Origin: Enterococcus phage AllMyExes | Sequence record: PV544171.1 | Length of the DNA stretch: 64,000 nucleotides | Reading direction: 5' to 3' (one strand) | Shown here: positions 27,172-34,925 of the stretch, piece after piece | Layout: each line of letters begins with the position of its first letter | How positions within the stretch are numbered: the stretch's first letter is position 1 | Notes under the pieces: model-generated | The model's database searches: none | What the model was told of the DNA's origin: nothing | Seen by the model: the letters and a program-made list of their open reading frames with translations, nothing else | Position numbers and translations under genes: made by a program

Positions 27172-27281
27172 ATTAATAGCTCCTTACTGTTTTTTTTAAT
27201 AAATTATAATAGTGGTAATAGGTTTTTATGAGACTCCTACTCATTGTAATCCTTCCTTAATAGATACTTACAACTATACGT

Positions 27282-27566
27282 TTATAGACCTCTCTCAAAA
27301 AGTCTCCGTAACGTCTTACCTTCATCATTTAAAACGTACACAGAATTTACAAAAGTTTTATACCCTTCTTTTTCAGTTCTGTACTCGTAAGGTGAATTTG
27401 GCACACGAGTGATTTCTTCATGTTTAGAGTTAAGTAATGAAAAAGCATTCTCTTGCTCTAAAAGAAACTGTACCCCATCAATTAATTCAATAAAAGGCTT
27501 AACAATAGGTTCCTCTGTACTGTCTTTACAATCGTATTTTCGTTCTCCTAAAATTTGTAGTATCAT
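27282..27566 (-). CDS. Hypothetical protein.
   Basis: 94-aa ORF. Confidence 0.5.
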   Translation of the reverse strand: MILQILGERKYDCKDSTEEPIVKPFIELIDGVQFLLEQENAFSLLNSKHEEITRVPNSPYEYRTEKEGYKTFVNSVYVLNDEGKTLRRLFERGL

Positions 27567-27617
27567 GTCTATCTATCTCCTCTGTTTAAGTATTAATTTG
27601 TGAGTTTCCACCCACAA

Positions 27618-27689
27618 TGCTGATTGAGAGAGTCGAACTCCCATTCCCGGGTTACAAAACCGGAGTAATAGCCATTATACTAAATCAGC
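27618..27689 (-). tRNA. tRNA, probably Thr (anticodon TGT).
   Basis: Reverse complement folds as a cloverleaf: acceptor GCTGATT/AATCAGC, T-arm GGGAG-TTCGACT-CTCTC, anticodon loop TTTGTAA. Confidence 0.6.
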
Positions 27690-27714
27690 GTAACCCCTCA
27701 ATAGAGGGAGTTTC

Positions 27715-28806
27715 TTATACTAAATTACCATATCCGTAGGTATTTGTTTTAGCTTGTTTAAACATGATACTCTTGATAGCTAAGTCATTGTACTTTTCAT
27801 CGTCTTCGTCATCAAGGTACACATCAACATTAACGTTCTTACCTAAAATATCGATTGTTTCATCTTTACCTACTTGTAAGTCTTTACTGTTAAATGATAC
27901 ATCAAAATAGATGTCGTCTTCTTTTGTACGACTACCGAATGATACTCTATCTTCAAATAAATTTAAACTTCGAGAGTTAATTACAACAGGTTGTAGCCCA
28001 CCTTCAAATTGAATAGTAACTGTATAATACTGATTTTCAATATTAAGAATGTTCAAATCAGCAATAGCTTCACCAAATGAGATGCCAAAGCTTAATTCCA
28101 ACGCAATTGCTCGTAAGCAATCATAGTTTAACTTAATTCTACGGCTAAACTTAACAACACTGTCAATTTCCCCATAGTAAGCTTTGTCTAACTTATCTTG
28201 CAAGTAAGTACGAATTTCGTCTGCATCAGGGTAGTCGAAACGTAAATGGTAATGGAAACGTCCCGGACGATTAAGCATAAAGTCGTTTACACGATTTAAG
28301 TTATTAACAGTAAGTGCATAAATACGCTTGCGTTGTGATAACCCATCGAATAAGCTCAATAGTTTTTCTTGTGATTCACGACCGTCACGGTCATTGAATA
28401 CTTTTTCAAATTCATCGAACAAGATAAGAGACTCTTGGTCAATACTGTCAATAAATTCTGCGATACCCGGATAAGCTTCTGTAATTAAGATAACAGGCAT
28501 ACCCTCTTCAATAGCTCGTTGAGATAAGATTTGAGTAAATAGTGATTTACCAATCCCTTTATCCCCACTTAAAATAACCCCTAAACTACGATTGATTGTT
28601 TTAAATGTGTGTAGTACTTTCTCAATTTTAACTAAACGGTCACCATAAACTTTAGATTCTTTCAATTTAAAATCGTCTGTAACCGCCAATGAGAACCCAG
28701 ACATTGGGTTGAATCTAACTTTATAAGTTTGCGCAGGCAACTTATCATAAGTTTTCAGGTCGTTTGCATAAATCTCATAATTACTACCATAATTGATTAC
28801 TTTCAT
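27715..28806 (-). CDS. Classical AAA ATPase.
   Basis: Walker A GDKGIGKS, Walker B LILFDEFE, sensor-1 ALTVNN, second region of homology LNRPGRFHYHLRFDYPD. Confidence 0.65.
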   Translation of the reverse strand: MKVINYGSNYEIYANDLKTYDKLPAQTYKVRFNPMSGFSLAVTDDFKLKESKVYGDRLVKIEKVLHTFKTINRSLGVILSGDKGIGKSLFTQILSQRAIEEGMPVILITEAYPGIAEFIDSIDQESLILFDEFEKVFNDRDGRESQEKLLSLFDGLSQRKRIYALTVNNLNRVNDFMLNRPGRFHYHLRFDYPDADEIRTYLQDKLDKAYYGEIDSVVKFSRRIKLNYDCLRAIALELSFGISFGEAIADLNILNIENQYYTVTIQFEGGLQPVVINSRSLNLFEDRVSFGSRTKEDDIYFDVSFNSKDLQVGKDETIDILGKNVNVDVYLDDEDDEKYNDLAIKSIMFKQAKTNTYGYGNLV

Positions 28807-28842
28807 ATATTCTCTCCTTAATACTTTTTAATAAATTATAAA

Positions 28843-28924
28843 TGGAGAGTGATGGAGTCGCACCACCCGAGCCTAAGCAACAGATTTACAGTCTGCTCCG
28901 CTACTACTTACGGAATAACTCTCC
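28843..28924 (-). tRNA. tRNA-Tyr (GTA), type II with a long variable arm.
   Basis: Acceptor GGAGAGT/ACTCTCC, anticodon loop CTGTAAA, variable arm of about 13 nt. Confidence 0.6.
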
Positions 28925-29176
28925 TTGAATAACCAACCAGATAGGTACCTGACACACGGACAGCACCTGTGTCTCTCTGTTACTGGCTGATTAATTGTGT
29001 ATTTCGCATCACCTAATATAGTTATCAAGGTAGGACTTGACTATACTAGATTTAGCTAGGTTCTAACTATAATTTCCTATGATAGCTCCTACTACTAATC
29101 ATATTTATATACAGTTAAACTACACATAACTAAACCGATTACCTTGGTTCGCATGTTAAGAGGCGCAGGCAACCAA

Positions 29177-29250
29177 TGGACATTGCAGGTCTCGAACCTG
29201 CGACCGTTCGGTTATGAGCCGAATGCTCTGACCAACTGAGCTAAACGTCC
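29177..29250 (-). tRNA. tRNA-Met (CAT).
   Basis: GGACGTTTAGCTCAGTTGGTCAGAGC...TTCGG-CTCATAA-CCGAA...GGTTCGAGACC; perfect cloverleaf. Confidence 0.75.
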
Positions 29251-29308
29251 GTAGGGTAGTAGCAACAATTACAAATGCTACTCTCCTGATGATTATAAAC
29301 TTATCAAA

Positions 29309-29382
29309 TCGGAAAGACAGGACTTGAACCTGCGACATCAGACTCCCAAAGCCTGCACTCTACCAAGCTGAGCTACTTTCCG
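29309..29382 (-). tRNA. tRNA-Pro (TGG).
   Basis: CGGAAAGTAGCTCAGCTTGGTAGAGTG-CAGGC-TTTGGGA-GTCTG...GGTTCAAGTCC...CTTTCCG. Confidence 0.7.
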
Positions 29383-29524
29383 GGTTACCTGTTTAATTTG
29401 GTCTTTTAAACTACTACACACAGGTAAAGATAAACCCTCTGCCAAGGGGAGACTATCATCGAACCGTATGTAAGTTACGATGGGTAGTAGCCATATTATA
29501 TTAGGTTATTAGGAAGTTTACCTA

Positions 29525-29609
29525 TGCAGAAGGCGGGAGTCGAACCCACACGTCCATTACAGACCGATGTTTCTAAGACACCGTTGTCTACCAGTTCCAT
29601 CACTTCTGC
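29525..29609 (-). tRNA. tRNA-Leu (TAG), type II.
   Basis: 85 nt; anticodon arm GGTGT-CTTAGAA-ACATC; long variable arm; T-arm GTGGGTTCGACTCCCGC. Confidence 0.7.
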
Positions 29610-29767
29610 GGTTGTACTACCAAGGTTACCTCTAAAAGGCTAAACTCGTGTCTGGTAGGGAGCCATACCTTACATGGATTGCAAGGAACCTAACCTCAGT
29701 AGCACCTTTTACTATTAAGGGTTTCTGATTTAACGTTTTCCCTAGACCGTACCTTAACAGTAATACT

Positions 29768-29862
29768 GGTGAGAGGATTTGAACCCCTCTTACCTACAAG
29801 CCTCCGACAAGCGCTATGGGAAACAAGCGGTGCATTAACCATAACTATGCTAACCAGTACAC
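29768..29862 (-). tRNA. Anomalous tRNA-like element, about 95 nt, anticodon arm unresolved; possibly a pseudo-tRNA or type-II tRNA.
   Basis: Good T-arm (AGGGG-TTCAAAT-CCTCT), acceptor-like ACTGGTT/CACCAGT and D-arm (GCAT...GG...ATGC), but I could not fold the central 40 nt into a standard anticodon arm. It contains three GCTTGT repeats. Confidence 0.35.
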
Positions 29863-30331
29863 TACTGTTTTACGCAGTCCTCATACTAATAATTCATGGG
29901 GACTCAACCCCATTCAGGGAAGTGTTAGTCTATTTTTTGGTGAGAACTGGTTAACTCCATGTACGTCAAACATTCCCTAGACTACTCACTTACATTGTTA
30001 TTTAATGTCACATGACTTATGACAGCCGTACTCAAAAGTTTCAAGGACTTTTACCTCACTATCCACCGACAGTATGCTCGGCAACGTCTTTCTAATAATA
30101 AATTACCCATCACTGTTACAGTAACAGAACCATTGAATTAACGAGCAATATCAGTATTACTAAAAGTAGTCTGTCTGTGTGGTACAAGCACTAGCAGTAT
30201 TACAACCTATAGTATGTCTGTTTGTCAATCGTTAAATTCTTTTACAGGAGTACTTGTTAAACTTAGGGAGGTATAACAAGTATGTGCACATAACCCGAGT
30301 GCTACTCCCTAAAGTAGCCTATACGGGTTAA

Positions 30332-30405
30332 CGTAGATGGAGGGAATCGAACCCCCAACCGTCCGCTTAGAAGGCGGATGCTCTATCCGATTGAGCTACA
30401 CCTAC
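30332..30405 (-). tRNA. tRNA-Arg (TCT).
   Basis: GTAGGTGTAGCTCAATCGGATAGAGCA-TCCGC-CTTCTAA-GCGGA...GGGGGTTCGATTCCCTC. Confidence 0.75.
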
Positions 30406-30488
30406 AAATTATGGGGGTAATGAGCCCCCATAATAACTCATAGTAGTTTCATCTATCGAGGATTAAAATGAATATCTAACTTGAATAA

Positions 30489-30518
30489 AGTATAACACTA
30501 TTTACATAGCATGTCAAC
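30489..30518 (-). promoter_or_regulatory. Sigma-A-like promoter inside the tRNA island: TTGACA, 18-bp spacer, TATACT.
   Basis: Minus strand reads gtgTTGACAtgctatgtaaatagtgtTATACT, about 85 bp upstream of tRNA-Arg. Confidence 0.5.
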
Positions 30519-30538
30519 ACTTTTATTAAAATAAATTT

Positions 30539-30627
30539 CTATACCTCACTAATGCCAATGACTATACGTAAGGAGAGAACGTTGATGGCACTGGCTACTT
30601 AGTTGGCGCTAAGTTAGTGAGGTATAG
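30539..30627. repeat. Perfect 14-bp inverted repeat (ctatacctcactaa / ttagtgaggtatag) enclosing a 61-nt loop.
   Basis: Read directly; lies just upstream, in the minus direction, of the promoter at 30489-30518. Confidence 0.7.
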
Positions 30628-30890
30628 AAAGAGAACTACATTGACCGAATCGTATTATACAGCCTTAGTAGTTGTTAACAATGTTTGGAACTTAGTAGAT
30701 TACTGCAATAAGCTACCCCGAAGCATCGGGGTGGGACTGTGGTAAGCCCCAAACCCTTGGGTATGCTCCATCCTGCCTCCGGAGAAGTCAGGCTCAATTC
30801 TCATTAGTTAAAGGTTTACTAGTTAACGGTTAGCTGATTAGTCATACTACGTAAACTACTAGTAAAATATAGTTTTCCAATTAAGGCTAA

Positions 30891-30962
30891 CAATCGGTAG
30901 AGGATTTGAACCCCTATTATTGGTTTTGGAGACCAACGTGTTACCAGTTACACTAACCGACT
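30891..30962 (-). tRNA. tRNA-Trp (CCA).
   Basis: AGTCGGTTAGTGTAACTGGTAACAC-TTGGT-CTCCAAA-ACCAA...AGGGGTTCAAATCCTCT-ACCGATT. Confidence 0.7.
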
Positions 30963-31216
30963 ATGTAAAGAAGGAAAGCGAAGACCTTCTTTACAGTAAT
31001 TAAAAAAAAACAAACAAAAAAAATACAATCATGGAATCAAGGTGGGATGTAAGGAGATGCCATGTGTCCACTTACAGTGGAATAGGTAACTACAGATTTG
31101 CACTGTTTTACATCTTGTTTAATGGTTACCTGTTAATAGCTAACTTCCAGTGATAAGTCCTCTTATATGGTAGTTCATGTAGTATTTGTTTGACAATATG
31201 GTAGCTAGCTAAAATG

Positions 31217-31289
31217 ACGACAGTAACGGGACTCGAACCCGTGTGTTCCACGCTGACAACGTGTTGGGACAGCCTCTGCCCTATACTGC
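31217..31289 (-). tRNA. tRNA-Asp (GTC).
   Basis: GGCAGTATAGGGCAG...CACG-TTGTCAG-CGTG...ACGGGTTCGAGTCCCGT-TACTGTC. Confidence 0.65.
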
Positions 31290-31302
31290 CATTATTTATG
31301 CC

Positions 31303-31377
31303 GTAGTTTTTTTAGAAAGGAAAGTTTTTTTATAATATACAACAACAGTTGAAGCGCTGATGTTACTACGGCATAAA
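31303..31377. repeat. 14-bp inverted repeat (atttatgccgtagt / actacggcataaat) enclosing a 47-nt AT-rich loop.
   Basis: Read directly; immediately flanks the 5' end of tRNA-Asp. Confidence 0.7.
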
Positions 31378-32109
31378 TATATTTTTTATGAGCTTTTAAT
31401 AACTCAAAACTTAATATAATAGGGCTTTTACTCCTGCTTCATGCACACTCACTGCATTCGGTCACACACCCAGAGAGGCTGAACTATCGGGAGCTACCCA
31501 ATAGCTTCTCTCTGCTTTTAATGTATGGTCTAGCACGGTGGCTAACAACGTTCACCTAAACATTCAGCATTAAATAGTATTGTTATAAGTTCTTCTTATA
31601 TCATATATTTTGTAAGCTGACTTAGGCTACTTGTACCAAGGTCTCTTGTTAAACCCATATTTCTATGGTTCTCGTCAAAGGGAGTCTTTTGAGGTTTCTA
31701 AGGTCTGCCAAGTTTCTCACGCTTCCACCTAACTTAGATTCTTTTCCACAGGAACGTCTATTATATCCCCCAAGAGTCTTGTACCTTACAATCCATGTAC
31801 ACTCCACATAACGCTTAACTGATACTAGCTTTTACTAGTAGTTACTCTTATGTCACCATAAGACATACCTGCTACCTAAAACACTATCGCACTCTAGGCT
31901 ACATTCAGAATCACGCCACGTTATCCTAGCAAGCTGTTCAAACTTTCTGCACTAGGTTCTATTATATTAAGTTTTCAATTATCAAAAGCAGTTTTTCTTT
32001 ACTATTTAATAATAGCACAACCTCTATTATTTTGTCAACTACTTTTTTTAGAGAGGGTGCCCCTAATTTTATATAGGGGCAAGAGATATTAAACATAGCT
32101 GAGCTATGT

Positions 32110-32165
32110 AAAAGCTAATGTAGGAATTGAACCTACTTAATGTAAGCAACACCAGTTTAGCTTAT
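32110..32165 (-). ncRNA. Truncated tRNA-like element with acceptor and T-arm only.
   Basis: Reverse complement AGCTAAA...GTAGG-TTCAATT-CCTAC-ATTAGCT; no D or anticodon arm. Confidence 0.3.
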
Positions 32166-32194
32166 AAGCATTGTTTGCAAAGTCCATGCTATGC

Positions 32195-32258
32195 ACTCAG
32201 TAGGAATCGAACCTATTGCCGAAGGTACCAAACTACCCTGAGTGCTCCTATAGATATA
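32195..32258 (-). ncRNA. Truncated tRNA-like element with acceptor, one internal hairpin and T-arm.
   Basis: Reverse complement GCACTCA-G-GGTAGTTTGGTACC...TAGG-TTCGATT-CCTA-C-TGAGTGC, about 62 nt. Confidence 0.3.
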
Positions 32259-32430
32259 TTATACCACATAACGAGATATTAATTTTTTTTGGTGATATAG
32301 TATATCTATATTTTTTAAAATTTTAGAAATACCTTTGATACATTCCGGTTATCCAACGTATGAATATATAATATCATGTTATTCTGATTGTGTCAATAAC
32401 TTTTTTACATTTTTTTTTATAATTGTGTAA

Positions 32431-32727
32431 TGTCCTATTTCTTTTTTTCTGATTCCTTATATTTATAATATATACTATATAGTACTATATATATTAATTA
32501 CTATTAGATATTATATATAGATAATAAGAATCTAGGAAATTTAAAATAGGACATTCTAATGCTGACTCAGTTACAATAAACTTATGGTGGCTACCTTTTT
32601 ACAAAAATGTCCTATTTCATTTTTTCTATCTCCTTATATTATTATTTATAATATATAGTATTAAGTATTATATATTATTATATATATAGTATATAATATA
32701 AGAAAGACAAAAATTTAAAATAGGACA
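32431..32727. repeat. Two tandem AT-rich direct repeats of about 120 bp with a period of about 177 bp. Each is bounded by the inverted repeat TGTCCTATTT...AAATAGGACA and filled with TATATA/ATTATA runs.
   Basis: Unit 1 spans 32431-32553 and unit 2 spans 32608-32727. Both also share tttaaaataggacatt and ttttttct.atc.tccttatat. Confidence 0.75.
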
Positions 32728-32737
32728 TTTTACTTAA

Positions 32738-32768
32738 ACAAAAAAAAAGAGAGCAGTTAAGCCCTCTT
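32738..32768 (-). terminator. Possible rho-independent terminator for the minus-strand gene at 32767..33105.
   Basis: Hairpin agagagc-agttaa-gccctct with one mismatch; 9-nt A-run on the plus-strand left flank. Confidence 0.4.
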
Positions 32769-33105
32769 ATCTTAATGAGAAATAGTTATTAATTGTTCCC
32801 AATCTGACTTCCTCATCTTCTGGTGTTTCATCCTCTGGTTTCGTATACAAGCTAGTGATTCTTTCTGGAACATCTACTACGTTCTCAGTAGCTGTCTGTA
32901 TCTGGAATGCATTTACATAAGTTAACTCAGAATCTCTATCAGCTAGTTTATGAACTGGAATCATTGGCAACTCTGCACCTTTCATTGCACCATTTACAAT
33001 TGACATTGCATCATTAGTTGTTACACCGAGTCTTCTAGGGAACACAGAATATGTCCCAGATGTTAATGAAACCTCTACAACTTTCTCTCTTTTAGGGTAA
33101 TTCAT
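32767..33105 (-). CDS. Hypothetical protein.
   Basis: 112-aa ORF. Confidence 0.5.
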   Translation of the reverse strand: MNYPKREKVVEVSLTSGTYSVFPRRLGVTTNDAMSIVNGAMKGAELPMIPVHKLADRDSELTYVNAFQIQTATENVVDVPERITSLYTKPEDETPEDEEVRLGTINNYFSLR

Positions 33106-33168
33106 GATACTTCTCCTTTCAAAATATGTTATAATAATACTATATACTATAATAACACATTTTACAAA

Positions 33169-33513
33169 TTACTTAAACATGCTGAACACGTAAGTGACAA
33201 CTGCTCCTAAGACAATCATAAAAACGTTCTCTACAATATCCCTCTTGTGGTCGAACTCTTTATCGTTTACTCCTTCCAGTGCATCTATAGTTTCTTCCAA
33301 CTTAGTAATCTGGTAGGTTAGGTGTGCATATTTTTCTTCGTGAACAGCAAGTCGCTTATCAAGACTATTGACAATATCTCTCAACTCACTAACCGCACTA
33401 TTCAGTTCTACATTGTCCTGTTTAATGCCCTTCTCGGTTAGCTCTCCATGTTGGAGTTTATCTTCCAGTCGTTGTAGTCTTAAAACAAGGTCATTTACTT
33501 GGTAATCGTTCAT
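33169..33513 (-). CDS. Coiled-coil protein with a C-terminal TM anchor.
   Basis: LRLQRLEDKLQHGELTEKG... heptads; C-terminal VLGAVVTYVFSMF. Confidence 0.5.
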   Translation of the reverse strand: MNDYQVNDLVLRLQRLEDKLQHGELTEKGIKQDNVELNSAVSELRDIVNSLDKRLAVHEEKYAHLTYQITKLEETIDALEGVNDKEFDHKRDIVENVFMIVLGAVVTYVFSMFK

Positions 33514-33547
33514 ATATGCTCCTCCCTGTAAGTTATGTTGCTCTATA

Positions 33548-33808
33548 TTAGTCAGATGTAAACCACAGACAGACTAATATACCTATAATAGCGCCTACAG
33601 TGTAGACTATAGGTATATAGTACCCATTAAAAAACAAGTATAGACTACCTATACTAATTCCATAGAGCACGAAAGTGAACTTGTATGATGCCAAAGGGCT
33701 CAGTTCTGCTTGTAGTTTCTTATACTGTAGTGCACGAGTGACATAGTAGGACATCAAGTAAACAAACATTTGTAGTAACAGTACACAGACCAGTGCTGTT
33801 TCATACAT
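33548..33808 (-). CDS. Small membrane protein.
   Basis: Three hydrophobic helices. Confidence 0.5.
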   Translation of the reverse strand: MYETALVCVLLLQMFVYLMSYYVTRALQYKKLQAELSPLASYKFTFVLYGISIGSLYLFFNGYYIPIVYTVGAIIGILVCLWFTSD

Positions 33809-33915
33809 TATGTTGTTCCCTCCTCTCCCTTAGAGCTACTATTAATATAGTACACTGAGCTGTTAGCAAACAGGTGTGCTAAATTAATATAGAGACTAAA
33901 AATGTAGACGGGAGA

Positions 33916-34194
33916 GTGGTAAAAATGGATAATAGCAAACGAATTATTAAAAAAATTATTTTTATTACCATCTCTGCATTAGTCATGGTTACTTTAAGTA
34001 AGCTGTTCTCTAAATATGTTATTGTAGAACAAAATGCCCCATTTCAGGCATTAGTTGGCGGTGCCTCATGTGCACTGTTATCTAGTATTCTGTTTGACTG
34101 GTATACTAATAAAAAGAAAAAAGAGAACGTAGAGAATCAACTTAAAGAAGCAATCAGTGACTTGCAGAAGATTAAAGCTATCATAAAAAGATAG
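33916..34194 (+). CDS. Small membrane protein; first gene of the plus-strand late block.
   Basis: ORF with TM segments. Confidence 0.5.
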   Translation: MVKMDNSKRIIKKIIFITISALVMVTLSKLFSKYVIVEQNAPFQALVGGASCALLSSILFDWYTNKKKKENVENQLKEAISDLQKIKAIIKR

Positions 34195-34205
34195 CCTATT
34201 AGGAG

Positions 34206-34493
34206 GTGGGATGGGTGTCTATTACCAATAAAGACATTAAGGATAAACGTAGATATATTTTTAGTCAATCTAGTAAAACAACAACTATAAAAAGAGGGGA
34301 CAAACGCATAAGTAGTGCAACAAGAATATGTGCAGTTTGTGGAAGACCGCTATCTAAGCTCGTATTAAGAACAGGCGTACCAACAGTAGTAGTAGACCAT
34401 ATTAGCTGTAAGATTTCAGACATTGTTAGACTAAATGTCTGTGAGGATATAAGGTCTTGTTATGCGTATTCTAGTAAGAAAGGGGAAAGCTAG
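34206..34493 (+). CDS. Hypothetical protein (C..C......H.SC).
   Basis: GGAGGTGGG RBS. Confidence 0.5.
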   Translation: MGWVSITNKDIKDKRRYIFSQSSKTTTIKRGDKRISSATRICAVCGRPLSKLVLRTGVPTVVVDHISCKISDIVRLNVCEDIRSCYAYSSKKGES

Positions 34494-34496
34494 CTA

Positions 34497-34925
34497 ATGG
34501 GTATGGCAGATAGACTTAAAGATAATGCAAAACAAAAAAAGTTAGAAAGAACACCAGAGCAACAACTAAGAGACACATTTAATCAAGCTTCAATAAAGCT
34601 TATCAATCAATTTATGGCTAACGTTACATCAGGTGCTATAGAAGTTGATGATATTGCAGATTTAACAAGGCTATTTCAGATTTATTTACAGGTTAATAAT
34701 ATAAATGATGGAATGCAAGAAGGTACAGGAACTCTACCTGCACTTACATCTGAGCATAAAGACATCATATCTGAAAAGGTTAGCACAGAAAAGATTATTA
34801 AGGACGGTGAAGAAGAGGAGCTAATTTCTCTTGATGAGTTAGCCAGTCTTCCAGATGACCAACTTGAGGAAGTCTTAGTTAACAGAGAGCTACAGATGAA
34901 CAGAGAGAACGAGGTGACCTTCTAA
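34497..34925 (+). CDS. Hypothetical acidic protein; a candidate small terminase subunit by position only.
   Basis: 142 aa directly upstream of terL exon 1. Confidence 0.3.
   Translation: MGMADRLKDNAKQKKLERTPEQQLRDTFNQASIKLINQFMANVTSGAIEVDDIADLTRLFQIYLQVNNINDGMQEGTGTLPALTSEHKDIISEKVSTEKIIKDGEEEELISLDELASLPDDQLEEVLVNRELQMNRENEVTF

Noticed and set aside
29156-29954. ORFs 29156..29338 (-) and 29769..29954 (+) from the six-frame track.
   Set aside because: They lie entirely over tRNA-Met/Pro and the tRNA-like element; no RBS; the translations are low-complexity. They are artefacts of reading through structured RNA genes.
29768-30120. tmRNA (ssrA-like), suggested by the tRNA-like 3' end GGTTCAAATCCTCTCACCA.
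   Set aside because: No matching 5' acceptor half at an appropriate distance and no recognisable tag-peptide reading frame ending in ..LAA. It fits a degenerate 95-nt tRNA-like element better.
30961-31030. Hairpin gtaaagaagg...ccttctttac as a terminator.
   Set aside because: The A-run lies on the wrong side for minus-strand termination and there is no T-run for plus-strand termination. It may be a processing stem, but not a canonical intrinsic terminator.
32281-32760. Possible CRISPR array, because of repeated 'aaataggacat'/'tgtcctattt' units.
   Set aside because: Only two units; the units are inverted or paired rather than regular direct repeats with unique spacers; extremely AT-rich; no cas genes; the context is a phage intergenic region.
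1-33808. Prophage/lysogeny module (integrase, CI/Cro switch), considered because of the HTH gene at 26653..26883.
   Set aside because: No integrase or excisionase. The single small XRE-type HTH sits amid early genes of a large virulent-type genome with its own RNR, tRNAs and ThyA-like enzyme, which fits a lytic myophage.
34497-34925. Confident small-terminase call.
   Set aside because: Supported only by its position upstream of terL. No recognisable TerS motifs by eye, so it is kept as a low-confidence hypothetical.
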